NCBI GenBank assembly: GCA_964493995.1
Contig: CAZBQD010000002.1
Location: 20,901-84,900 of the forward strand
Direction: 5' to 3'
Length of the DNA: 64,000 bases
Source: an uncultured Francisella sp.
GTDB lineage: Bacteria > Pseudomonadota > Gammaproteobacteria > Thiomicrospirales > Thiomicrospiraceae
Below, piece by piece: positions 55,097-64,000 of this stretch; position 1 is the stretch's first letter, and the number at the start of each line of letters is the position of its first letter. A model generated the notes under the pieces. It did no database searches. It saw only the letters and a program-made list of their open reading frames with translations, and had not been told where the DNA came from. A program made the translations under genes and the position numbers.

Positions 55097-55489
55097 TTAA
55101 TACTCCAATAAGGGAATGCCCATGTCACCAGCCACTTGTTTTAATGCGTTATCCAAGGTTAACAATCGGCTATTGGTTTGTTCAGCACATTGTAATAAAT
55201 AAGCGTCATATGCATAAATTCCATGACGTTGGCATATTAGTAAAGTTCGTTCCAGTTGAACATCAATAAAACGAATTGAAATGGATTTGTAAGATTCCAA
55301 TGCCATTTCTGCCTGATTTAGTGAAATGGCGCGACGCTTAAACATCGCTGAAAAAGCGTTACCAATTTCCCAATGAACCGAAAGTGGTGCGACCAAATGA
55401 GCGCCCTGAGTTGCTGTAACGAGCCTGATTTTACTGGTTTCGTTTCCAATCACGGCAATGAGAGCTGATGTATCGATAGTGACCAACAT
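55097..55489 (-). CDS. vapC: PIN domain (VapC-like) toxin
   Basis: 130 aa with PIN acidic residues in the expected contexts: IDTSALIA, HWEIGNA, AYDAYLL and TLDNAL. Confidence 0.75.
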   Translation of the reverse strand: MLVTIDTSALIAVIGNETSKIRLVTATQGAHLVAPLSVHWEIGNAFSAMFKRRAISLNQAEMALESYKSISIRFIDVQLERTLLICQRHGIYAYDAYLLQCAEQTNSRLLTLDNALKQVAGDMGIPLLEY

Positions 55490-55512
55490 GGGGCTGTTCC
55501 TTTTAAGCGCTT

Positions 55513-55545
55513 TAGCTTAAGTACATATGTACAATTATAGCTTAA
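55513..55545 (-). promoter_or_regulatory. Candidate TA promoter/operator: perfect palindrome GTACATATGTAC flanked by direct tagcttaa repeats, with TATAAT adjacent
   Basis: The palindrome is at 55521-55532. tagcttaa occurs at 55513-55520 and 55538-55545. A minus-strand TATAAT (plus-strand attata, 55534-55539) sits 1 nt upstream of the palindrome. A TTGACT lies 22 nt further upstream, which is non-optimal spacing. Confidence 0.45.
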
Positions 55546-55568
55546 TGACTTAATGAGCGCGAGTCAAT

Positions 55569-58500
55569 TTACTCACTGATCATTCTCTCCAACATCACCC
55601 CATAAAGCCGTTGAGCTAACTCAGCAAACTCTGGCTGTAATTCATCAAAAGTGGCAAAACAGCGTTGTAATTCCAAGGATTCTGCCCGCTCTCCTGCATG
55701 GTTGAACCCGCCTTCAAAGGTCTTTCTTGCTTCAGCAAGGGCTTTGCTTTGCAAGGCGGCTAAATCGGCTGTTTCATCTTTCTGTTTGGCTTGCTGCTGT
55801 TGTAAGCTCTGCACATAAGCGATGCCGCTTTTGCAAGCGACCTTAAGCGGTTGTTGCCAGGCTTGTTGATAGCATTCAACATAGCCTTGTAAATACAAAC
55901 GTGCTTCTGTTGGCGCAAGGGGTTGAAAACGAATCATCGCATCCGTTGCCAGAATAACACTGGTCACCGGCTGTGCTAAGGCATTGGCTAAACAATGTGC
56001 TAACCAGGCATCGATGAGTTTGTAGGCTTTAATCACCTTGTCTTTTTGCAGCTCACCGGGCACTAACTGCACCACACACTGCTCATTTTGTTCATTGGCA
56101 TAAAGCAAATCGAGCTGACCCGTTAGGGTCGTATTGGCTAGGGTTAACGACAGGGGTAAAGGTGCTAATCGCTGCGTGTAAGGGGCGATGACTGTCTGCC
56201 AAGTCTGCCACAACTGCTCGCTGGTTTGTTCTAATTGCTGTTGGTGCAGTTGAGCGAAGCCTGCTAAGGGTAAGGTGCCGCTCAGTTGCCATGGCAGCGC
56301 ATCGGCTCGACCGGTTGCTAACCAGTGTTCGATTTGTTGTTGATAGTGTTGATGTTGTTGCAGTGGATTGATAGAAAATAGCTCATCATCCCGCTCATCT
56401 TCTTGTGGTTGTGTCAGTTTAATGCCTAATCGGTGGCGCAATAGCACCCGCTGCGGATGACGCAACACCGCACTCAGCCGAGACAAGGCGAGCGTGGTGG
56501 GTAGGGGTTCGTCGGCAAGGCGCACCTTCGCCCAATCCGGGTCGGTTATGATGTCGTTTTTCTCGCCTAACCAGTCCGTGGCGTAACTTTGCACTCCTGA
56601 ATCCGTTTGCACATAGCGCTGTGAAAAAGGTTGTAACGGATGTTGTACCACCGTTAAAGGTGGTGTCCAAAGTTGATGGCAATAATCGATAAACTGCGAA
56701 ACCAATATGCTGGGGGCGCGGTGTTGATCGTCACGAATGCTGCGTCCAGTCCAGCTCAGATAGAGTTGTTGCCGCGCCGATAAAATCGCTTCTAAAAATA
56801 AATAGCGGTCATCATAGCGGCGAGACCTGTCCCCCGCTCGCCACTGCCCTGCTAAGGCCATTAAATCAAAGTCTTGTTTCACTTGTTGACGGGGGTAATC
56901 GCGCTCGTTTAACCCAATCAAGCAAATCACTTTGAAGGGAATGGCACGCATTGGCATGAGGGTGGCAAATTGCACCCCACCCGATAAAAACGGGCGCTGT
57001 AAACTCTGCGCATCATCAATGTTGTCTAGCCATGCTTTAGCAACCACCGACAAAGGCAATTTCTGTTGAAACTGCCCCAACTCACAAGCCGATAACCAAC
57101 GATTCAAGCCGCTACGAAATCGCGTCAACCATCGCTGACTAGCAAGATCATGAGACTCATCAAAAAAGAGCTGTAACACTTCTTCTAAATAACAGCCCCA
57201 GATCGCCGGCGGTAATTCATGACTCAATAAGGCTTGCGCAATCCGAATCGCTTTCAACCATTCAGCTAAAGCACCTAATAAATCCGCTGATGATCCGGTT
57301 GCAGCGGAGGTTGGTAAAATCGACTGCCATGCCAAGCCTGTCTCTCCACAAGCGTAACCCAGTAGCAATCGATCTAAGCCAAATAACCAGCTATTAGCAT
57401 TGATTCCTTGCGGTAACTGGTGGCGTTCGCTTCTGTCGTTGGCATCTAATCCCCAGCGGACGCCGGCTTTTAATAACCACTGATGCAGGCTTTCCACATC
57501 GGTTTCACTCAGCTGAAATTTGGCTTTAACGGCGTCTAATTCGAACATAGCGTGCCAATCACTCAGGCCAATATCGGCCGTTGGCAAGGTTAATAACCAT
57601 TGCAATAATTGCATCATCGGTTCGATGCGTAGGCTGCTGTCGGCAATGGAATAGGGAATGTAGCGCTTGTCTTTAGCGGAAAGTCGTCCAAATACCGAAC
57701 TCACTGCAGCGGCAAATTGATCCACATCGGGCATCATCACCATCACATCAGCAGGGGTTAAACTCTCATCGGCATCAAACAGCGCCAAGAGATGATCGTG
57801 TAACATTTCCACTTCGCGCTGCGATGAATAGCCAGAGCGTAAACAAATGGAATCATCCTGTGCTCTTGCTTCTGGCTCATTGGGTGGCGGCGTTAACTGT
57901 AAGATATGCCGTTGTAATTCGGCTAGCCGCGTGTTGTCAATCGGTTCGACAAACACATCGACACGCTGAAACCAATGCTGATGGCTGGGTGTTTCATCAA
58001 ACTCATTGAGTAACTGCACATAATCCTTGCCCTGTTTGCCCCATGCGGCCAATAAGGGATGAAAACTCGCGTAGTCTTCCTGCAAAGCCTTAAGCGGCAG
58101 GCCTTGTTTAATGGCGTGTCGTTGCGCTTTCATCAGTTGATTTCGACGCCAATAGCGCGCGTCTTGCACATCGCCCCAATAATATTGACAAGGATTATTG
58201 ACAAACAATAATACCTGAGCCACTTTCGCCATCGTCGATAAGGCTTCGAGGGTTTGTTGCGGCAAGCTACTGACACCAAAAACGACAATGCGCTGCGGCA
58301 GCTTCACCGATGACAGCCTTTGCTCTTGCCTCATCTGTTGCACAAATTGATCGTGCACACTGGCACGAGAGCTCAGAGAAGGTCTTAGACCTTCTATTTC
58401 TGTTTCTTGGTTGGTGGAAGGGATCAAATCTATGGATTGCATATCATTATGGTGCAGCCCTTCCCCCAAGCCCCTATCCCTTTGTATTTTGGAGAGTTGC

Positions 58501-59120
58501 CCTAAGTTTTTTTGCCCATTCGTTTCAATATCGCGCTGCAAATCGCGCCATAGAGCCGCTTGCCAGGTATTTTCATGCAAGGGGCTACTCTCAGCTTGTT
58601 GGTTGGTGATCTGATTGAGCCCCTGTGACCAATCAGCAATCCAGTCGGCTCGATAGGTTTGATATTGATCGTATAAATCGGCAATTTGCGACGCTAACTG
58701 AAAACGTCTTTCCGCGGCTTGTTCATTTTGTGCTAAATAATGTCTTAACGGCTGATAAACTTCGTCATCACTGGCTAAAATCGGATCTAACAAGCGGTGA
58801 ATGCGCCAGGTCAGCGGAGCTTTATCAAAAGCCATCTGCTTAGGAACTTGCTGACCGCCTAATACCTGTCGATAAGCGCGCCACAAAAACTCGCTCGGTA
58901 GGTAAAGTTCGACCCCCGCGCTCACGCCCAGTTGCTGTGCCATCGACTGCACCAACCATTGTTTCATGCCATTGCTTTGTACCAGTAGCACTTCGGGCGT
59001 TAAGGGCGGAAGCGGATGCGCTTGCAACCAAGACAACATGACATCGCGCAGGTCTTCCATGCGATTACCATGCACGATCACCAAACCCGGTGTTAAACGT
59101 GAAGCTGCAGAGGGGTTCAT
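55569..59120 (-). CDS. recC: Exodeoxyribonuclease V gamma subunit RecC
   Basis: 1183 aa. The N-terminus LVIVHGNRMEDL...LLVQSNGMKQWL is typical of RecC. It lies in a cluster with recB and recD. Confidence 0.9.
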   Translation of the reverse strand: MNPSAASRLTPGLVIVHGNRMEDLRDVMLSWLQAHPLPPLTPEVLLVQSNGMKQWLVQSMAQQLGVSAGVELYLPSEFLWRAYRQVLGGQQVPKQMAFDKAPLTWRIHRLLDPILASDDEVYQPLRHYLAQNEQAAERRFQLASQIADLYDQYQTYRADWIADWSQGLNQITNQQAESSPLHENTWQAALWRDLQRDIETNGQKNLGQLSKIQRDRGLGEGLHHNDMQSIDLIPSTNQETEIEGLRPSLSSRASVHDQFVQQMRQEQRLSSVKLPQRIVVFGVSSLPQQTLEALSTMAKVAQVLLFVNNPCQYYWGDVQDARYWRRNQLMKAQRHAIKQGLPLKALQEDYASFHPLLAAWGKQGKDYVQLLNEFDETPSHQHWFQRVDVFVEPIDNTRLAELQRHILQLTPPPNEPEARAQDDSICLRSGYSSQREVEMLHDHLLALFDADESLTPADVMVMMPDVDQFAAAVSSVFGRLSAKDKRYIPYSIADSSLRIEPMMQLLQWLLTLPTADIGLSDWHAMFELDAVKAKFQLSETDVESLHQWLLKAGVRWGLDANDRSERHQLPQGINANSWLFGLDRLLLGYACGETGLAWQSILPTSAATGSSADLLGALAEWLKAIRIAQALLSHELPPAIWGCYLEEVLQLFFDESHDLASQRWLTRFRSGLNRWLSACELGQFQQKLPLSVVAKAWLDNIDDAQSLQRPFLSGGVQFATLMPMRAIPFKVICLIGLNERDYPRQQVKQDFDLMALAGQWRAGDRSRRYDDRYLFLEAILSARQQLYLSWTGRSIRDDQHRAPSILVSQFIDYCHQLWTPPLTVVQHPLQPFSQRYVQTDSGVQSYATDWLGEKNDIITDPDWAKVRLADEPLPTTLALSRLSAVLRHPQRVLLRHRLGIKLTQPQEDERDDELFSINPLQQHQHYQQQIEHWLATGRADALPWQLSGTLPLAGFAQLHQQQLEQTSEQLWQTWQTVIAPYTQRLAPLPLSLTLANTTLTGQLDLLYANEQNEQCVVQLVPGELQKDKVIKAYKLIDAWLAHCLANALAQPVTSVILATDAMIRFQPLAPTEARLYLQGYVECYQQAWQQPLKVACKSGIAYVQSLQQQQAKQKDETADLAALQSKALAEARKTFEGGFNHAGERAESLELQRCFATFDELQPEFAELAQRLYGVMLERMISE

Positions 59121-61828
59121 TGAAACTCTGCAATAACGATTTGATTGCGTCCCGACGCTTTCGCTTGATAGAGCAAATCATCCACCTGACGATAGAGCGC
59201 ATCCCAGTTAACGGCATCATCATGCGGCCAACAACAGGCCCCCATGGAAATCGACAAATAACCCAAAGGAGCCAGTCGATTTTCAATTTTAGCGTCGAGA
59301 ATCTGTTTTCTCAGGTTTTCTAGGTGTTGATAAAAGGATTCAACATCTTTTGTGAAGGCAATGAGCATAAACTCCTCACCCCCCAAACGGAAAGCTAGCG
59401 TGCTTTCTAAATCAGTCGCTTGGCTACAACAATTTTTTAGGCAATCGGCTATTTGTTGCAATACTCGATCACCCACCACATGACCATAGGTATCGTTAAT
59501 CAGCTTAAAGAAATCGATATCGATCGAGGCCATACACAAATGCTTACCCGAACCCTGATAGTGCTGATAAAGACTCGGCAAGGCTTGATTGAAGTAATGA
59601 CGGTTGTAAAGCTTGGTTAACTCATCGGTGTTTGACAGCTCTTCAATGCGTTTTTTATCGGTAATATCGACGCGTGTTGCCCAAACGTGGGTCATGTTGC
59701 CAAATAAATTAGCTTGAGGTGTTAGGGTTAATTTGACCCAGTAGGCTTCACCATCACAGCGCCTGCCTTGCACCTCACCCACCCAGGTTTGTCCTGCCAG
59801 TAATTGCTGTTTAATGGCAGCGATCTCTTGTTGGGAGACTTGGTTACCCGCGAACTCACTAAAACGGCGACCGATTAAATCGTCGGCATCACAGCCGCGC
59901 AATCGCGCATAAGACTGACTAACCCAAACCACTCGCTCTGTTGCTAGGTCGATTTTCGAAGCCAAATTCAGCTCATTGACCTGAGTAATATATTGCTGAA
60001 AGCGATTACGCTGATAACGATAGACCAGCAAAATACTGAATAAAATGACCAATACGGCCAATACATAACCACTCAGTTGCCATAATTGTTGTTGATCCAA
60101 TCTTTTAACCAGCTCAATATGAATCCAACGATCATAAATGGCTCGTTTTTCTTCTTCAGACACACTGGCCAGCGCTTTTTGCATAATCGAAAACAAAATG
60201 GGGTCTGACTGATGCACACCAAAAGCCAACTCAAAACGCTGGTTAGACTCACCAACAAACGACAATCCCGTCAAACCATACTGCCGCATCGCATAATTAG
60301 CGGCTCCTAAATTTTCGGCATAAGCCAATGCCTTTCCTGACATGACGGCTGTCAAACCTTCTTTCACCGAATCGACAATCACTAACTGCACATTTGGAAA
60401 GTTATTCTTAAAATGCTCATGGGCAAAATAACCTCGAATGACTGCGACTTTCTTGCCGTTAAGTTGTTGAAAATCATCAATGTAATTAACGTCGTTTTTC
60501 GCCACCAACATCATCGGAAAAGACAAGTAAGGATCGGTAAAGTGCATATATTTTTGGCGTTCAGGGGTGCGCGTTGCTCCTGAAAACAGGGTTAATTTGC
60601 CTTCGCTGGCTAATTTGAGAACCTCATTCCAAGGAAGTTGCTTTTCGGGGATGAACTTAACACCGAGTTTTTGTTCGAAAATCTCAAAATATTCGGCGGT
60701 CAAACCTCGATAATTACCCTCCTCATCAATAAATTCAAAGGGCGCCCAGTCGATATCATTCGCTAATTTTATCGTTGGATGTTTTGCCAGATAGTCCAAC
60801 TCAGAGGCGCTTAAACTAACCTTTCCTTTCGTTATTCCCATGAAACTTTCCGGATCGAAAGCATCGAATTGAGCTTGATTGATTAAACCGATTTCTTTGA
60901 GCTCCACCGCGGTATCTTTAAGACGCGCTGATTCGACCACGCCAATGGGGCGAGACCCGACACTGACATAGGGTTTCAAGGCTTTTGCTTCATACATCAA
61001 GGCACGATGTGATTTAGGCACACTGTAATGAGTGAGCATGAAATCAATCACCGTTTCAGGGTTTTCTATGGCAAATTGCCACCCCTTTATGGTTGCTTCA
61101 CGAAACGCTGCCACAACCGCTGGGTGTGCATTAGCATAGGCTTTAGTGGTGTATACCAAGTCTTCGGCACTATTCACCCCGTAAAGTTTGGGATCAACAA
61201 TGTGATAAGGCACACCTAATTCTTGTAACTGAAAAGGCTCATTGCTAACGTAAGCACCATAAAAATCGACATGATGATTGATAAACTCGGCTAAATGAGT
61301 ATTGGCATAGCGTCGCTGCACCGCCTGTTTGTTTTGTTTGCTGGCCTTATTCAATAACGAGAGTACCTGCATACTATCGCTATACATGCCCGTTTTGCCA
61401 GCCAATTCTGACAAATCAGCAATGGGTTCGTGCGTTAACAGCACCATTGGAGAATGCTGAAATGAAGCCAACACCAATTGAATGGGCGCGCCTTTAATGT
61501 AATCGGCGATAACGCTGGAGTAGCCAATACCAAATTGTGCCCTACCTTCCAGCACTTCGGACAGCACATTTTTTTCCACTTGAAAAGGATGCAAGTGTAC
61601 GTCAAGCCCAGCTTGCTGGTAATAGCCTTGCTGTAAGGCGGCATAAAACCCACCAAATTGATATTGATGATGCCAATTCAGCTGCACATGAATAGGCGTT
61701 AACCCTTTGTCAGTCGGCAAGTTTTGCGCATAAACGAGTGTTGAAGACAGCACAGCCAACCCCACCAGTAACATGAGACTTCTGAGAGCAAGGAGAAAGG
61801 TATTGATTTGGGGAACTAAAACAAACAT
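59117..61828 (-). CDS. Sensor diguanylate cyclase (two periplasmic solute-binding domains-TM-PAS-GGDEF)
   Basis: A signal/TM segment, an NMT1/ThiY-like domain plus a type 3 SBP-like domain, a transmembrane segment (LSGYVLAVLVILFSILLVY), a PAS-like region, and an active-looking RLGGEEFMLI. The stop overlaps the recC start as ATGA. Confidence 0.85.
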   Translation of the reverse strand: MFVLVPQINTFLLALRSLMLLVGLAVLSSTLVYAQNLPTDKGLTPIHVQLNWHHQYQFGGFYAALQQGYYQQAGLDVHLHPFQVEKNVLSEVLEGRAQFGIGYSSVIADYIKGAPIQLVLASFQHSPMVLLTHEPIADLSELAGKTGMYSDSMQVLSLLNKASKQNKQAVQRRYANTHLAEFINHHVDFYGAYVSNEPFQLQELGVPYHIVDPKLYGVNSAEDLVYTTKAYANAHPAVVAAFREATIKGWQFAIENPETVIDFMLTHYSVPKSHRALMYEAKALKPYVSVGSRPIGVVESARLKDTAVELKEIGLINQAQFDAFDPESFMGITKGKVSLSASELDYLAKHPTIKLANDIDWAPFEFIDEEGNYRGLTAEYFEIFEQKLGVKFIPEKQLPWNEVLKLASEGKLTLFSGATRTPERQKYMHFTDPYLSFPMMLVAKNDVNYIDDFQQLNGKKVAVIRGYFAHEHFKNNFPNVQLVIVDSVKEGLTAVMSGKALAYAENLGAANYAMRQYGLTGLSFVGESNQRFELAFGVHQSDPILFSIMQKALASVSEEEKRAIYDRWIHIELVKRLDQQQLWQLSGYVLAVLVILFSILLVYRYQRNRFQQYITQVNELNLASKIDLATERVVWVSQSYARLRGCDADDLIGRRFSEFAGNQVSQQEIAAIKQQLLAGQTWVGEVQGRRCDGEAYWVKLTLTPQANLFGNMTHVWATRVDITDKKRIEELSNTDELTKLYNRHYFNQALPSLYQHYQGSGKHLCMASIDIDFFKLINDTYGHVVGDRVLQQIADCLKNCCSQATDLESTLAFRLGGEEFMLIAFTKDVESFYQHLENLRKQILDAKIENRLAPLGYLSISMGACCWPHDDAVNWDALYRQVDDLLYQAKASGRNQIVIAEFQ

Positions 61829-61894
61829 GAAGCTACTTTACGGACTGTTTTAACTGCCTTCGATTATAACAATATTTGTCCATCTTAGTGGGAG

Positions 61895-64000
61895 TTAATC
61901 CCCTTCAAAACGGTAAAAGATATCACCGCCTGAATATTGACCTGTTTGCACTTCCACAGAAAATAATCGATTAATGCGATATTCGGTAATGAAACGCGCG
62001 CCATATTCAAATGCGCCTACCACATAGCGGACATACAAATCGGGGGTTAGGCGTTTACCCAAAGAAAGACCGGTATTTTTCTCGCCTTTGATATTGGTTA
62101 ACCCCAAGTCTAACCCTGCTTCCTGTCCCAGTCGCTGCAATAAGGGATCATCATCACTTTCGGTAGCCAGTTTAGTCGCTAGCACAGCGGCATCGGTAGC
62201 GGTCATATCACGCGTTTTTTTGCCCAGAACCAACAGACTTAAGGCATCGGTGTCGGGCATCGTGGGTCGAGAAAACACTTTCAAACGTGGCTTAGCTAGG
62301 CTACCGGTTACGGTGACCCCCACCGTTTCATCGAGCACCTTACGCGAGGCGACCACATTCAAACCGGGATTGTCGCTGACACCATTAAATAAAATGCGAC
62401 CCTGTTCAATGGTTAAGTCTTGTTGGTAAGCCTTAAACTGGCCATTTTTCGTATTCACTTCGCCTTGAAACAACAAATTCCCCAAGCGTGAACGGGTAAT
62501 TTCTAATTGTCCTGTCAAGCCGGCACTTAAACCCGAACCGGATAGGCTAATATCATCCCCTAACAGCACGCGCATATGTGGCACCAGTTTCATTTTAGCG
62601 CTGTTATTTTCTTCACCCACGATAACCACATCGTCAGATAGGCCAACGCCCTTGCTACCGACGCTTTGCGCCCTGAGTCGGGCTTTGGGTACAATCAACT
62701 GACCTAAAATATCTACCTGTTCTGGCACCGCACTGAGTTGAATATTGGGCGACAACCAAATATCCGCTTGGGGTGTTTTGGCAATGAGTAGATTCTGCCC
62801 CTGAAGGGTTAAATCCATATTCCATTTCGACCAGTTTGCGACGCTTCCCCAGCCTTTCAAACTAGCCTGTCCTTCACCCGCTAAGAGTTGCCCATCGATA
62901 CTGACCGAGCCGGTAGGTTTAATATCCAAAAACAGTTGAGGTAAGCGAAACTCGACACCGGTCACTATGGGCGTCAGCTTAACCGAAGCCAAAGCCAGTT
63001 GTGCCGAAAGCTGGGGTTGGTTAAGCCTACCTGCAAGGGCAAAATGGCTGGTGAGGCGTCCCGCTAATCCTGTGATGTCGGGCAAAAGCCCTTGCGCAAT
63101 CGATAAGGATTCAACCCTTAACTGACCTTGCACGTCCAGATTATCCCACGCCCCCCAAGTATGGCGTGAACGGGCTTCTAAACTCACCCCTTGCCGAAAG
63201 CGAGCATTCAATTCAGTGCTCATCTGCTCATTATTCAATTCGGCTGTTAGGTTAATCCCATCGTAAGCAAAAGACTGAACCCCACTGAGGGTGGCATAAT
63301 TAAGCTGACTCGCCGGCAAGGATAGTGTCAACCTACCTTGTCGCGTCGAACCCAGTTGACGGAACTGGGCGTGGGCTTGTGCTTTTCCCGGCAACTTAAG
63401 CGTTTTGGGTAACCAAGGCTGAAAACGCGATAACCAAAGCTCATCCAGCTTTGCGCTGACTTGGGTGCCCTGCTTTTGCGACCAACTGGCTTGCGTAACA
63501 CAGGCTTGCGTACTCAGCTGTTGTAAGCAAAGCGGAGACTGCAATGACACCGATGTCGCTGATGCCGATAGTCGTGCAGCCGCTGTTTGTTGCCATAACC
63601 CTGCATCGGCTTGAATGAGTTGTAACTGCTCTAATCGTCCCGTCCACTGCTGTTGCTCATCGAGTCCACCCACCAGTCGGCTCGATAAAGACGCACCGCC
63701 AGCCACAGCCGACAGGCTCAGTTGATGTTTTGCCAGTGCGCCTTGCCAGCGCATGGTGACTCGACTGTCTTTGCCCACATCGGATAAGCCCTTTGCTTCT
63801 AATTGTGCCGAAAGTTGCTGAGTTTCTCCCTTGGCTTGTAACGACAACTGCGACAGTTGATGCGTTTTCCAGGCTAAGCCCTGCGCTTGCAGATTCACCT
63901 CTCCTTGCGGAGCTTGCCAGTCGCCCCGCAACTTGCCTTGTGCTTGAATTTTTCCCGCTAAGGGCAATAGGCTCTTGAAATGACTCAAATTGACTGCATC
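61895..64000 (-). CDS. tamB: Translocation and assembly module subunit TamB (C-terminal ~700 aa; the N-terminus lies beyond the window)
   Basis: The frame is open to nt 64000. It is repetitive and beta-rich, with a DUF490-type C-terminus (GKRLTPDLYVRYVVG...FSVEVQTGQYSGGDIFYRFE). Confidence 0.8.
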   Translation of the reverse strand, partial: DAVNLSHFKSLLPLAGKIQAQGKLRGDWQAPQGEVNLQAQGLAWKTHQLSQLSLQAKGETQQLSAQLEAKGLSDVGKDSRVTMRWQGALAKHQLSLSAVAGGASLSSRLVGGLDEQQQWTGRLEQLQLIQADAGLWQQTAAARLSASATSVSLQSPLCLQQLSTQACVTQASWSQKQGTQVSAKLDELWLSRFQPWLPKTLKLPGKAQAHAQFRQLGSTRQGRLTLSLPASQLNYATLSGVQSFAYDGINLTAELNNEQMSTELNARFRQGVSLEARSRHTWGAWDNLDVQGQLRVESLSIAQGLLPDITGLAGRLTSHFALAGRLNQPQLSAQLALASVKLTPIVTGVEFRLPQLFLDIKPTGSVSIDGQLLAGEGQASLKGWGSVANWSKWNMDLTLQGQNLLIAKTPQADIWLSPNIQLSAVPEQVDILGQLIVPKARLRAQSVGSKGVGLSDDVVIVGEENNSAKMKLVPHMRVLLGDDISLSGSGLSAGLTGQLEITRSRLGNLLFQGEVNTKNGQFKAYQQDLTIEQGRILFNGVSDNPGLNVVASRKVLDETVGVTVTGSLAKPRLKVFSRPTMPDTDALSLLVLGKKTRDMTATDAAVLATKLATESDDDPLLQRLGQEAGLDLGLTNIKGEKNTGLSLGKRLTPDLYVRYVVGAFEYGARFITEYRINRLFSVEVQTGQYSGGDIFYRFEGD

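Noticed and set aside
55096-55128. Longer antitoxin ORF starting at 55128 (MTWAFPYWSIK...)
   Set aside because: It would overlap the PIN gene by 32 nt. The ATG at 55095 has a GGAG Shine-Dalgarno 8 nt upstream and yields the canonical Phd/YefM-type N-terminus.
1-64000. Search for CRISPR arrays, tRNA/rRNA genes, retron or group II intron reverse transcriptases, and IS transposases
   Set aside because: All intergenic gaps are under ~450 nt. None shows regularly spaced repeats, cloverleaf-like tRNA structure or rRNA-like sequence. No ORF has RT or DDE-transposase motifs that I can recognise.

Overview
This 64-kb window looks like chromosomal DNA from a gammaproteobacterium. The type II sulfide:quinone reductase and the REP-like hairpins hint at a marine sulfur oxidiser of the Thiomicrospira/Hydrogenovibrio type, but that guess is low confidence. 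I can support about 50 protein genes and found no rRNA, tRNA or CRISPR array.

(1) nt 1-10533: a type I restriction-modification operon (hsdM, hsdS, hsdR) with four extra genes threaded in through overlapping stop/start codons. These are a class II Fic protein, a KAP P-loop NTPase with no transmembrane insert, an AlbA_2 (Schlafen-like)/HATPase_c_4 protein, and a YgjP/M48-like Zn peptidase. A 40-nt near-exact copy of the hsdR 5' end (4505-4544 vs 6518-6557) marks where the AlbA_2 cassette was inserted. hsdS plus the KAP gene are visibly more AT-rich than their neighbours. This locus is my best candidate for an undescribed, R-M-guarding defence system.

(2) 10.5-26 kb, mostly minus strand:
- two low-complexity proteins of unknown function
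- EamA transporter, a single-domain asparaginase-like protein, yciI and yciB
- a Mla/Pqi-like MCE lipid ABC transporter
- a stand-alone cNMP-binding domain, dapE and amt
- an orphan ~820-aa protein with two sensor-like modules and a C-terminal CheW domain
- a SulP permease

(3) 26.5-31.2 kb: a five-gene operon with a circularly permuted ATP-grasp, an alpha-E protein and a transglutaminase-like protein, plus two AstE/AspA (M14) deacylase paralogs, one of them with degenerate metal ligands.

(4) 31.3-43 kb: czcBA-DUF3240 metal efflux, a secreted alpha/beta hydrolase, fabI, a PhnD-like binding protein with a GGDEF-EAL sensor, and slt.

(5) 43.5-48.2 kb: a Tat-signal type II SQR with a small membrane protein, an EAL protein, a degenerate-GGDEF protein, and an orphan tyrosine recombinase.

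(6) 48.3-64 kb: rlmC, recD, recB, recC, a sensor diguanylate cyclase and tamB (partial). A toxin-first PIN/Phd-like toxin-antitoxin pair, with its own palindromic operator, is wedged between recC and recB.

A 116-nt nested-palindrome MITE/REP-like element occurs twice, with a rearranged hairpin variant elsewhere. All functional calls rest on motifs I can read in the translations. No database search was possible.
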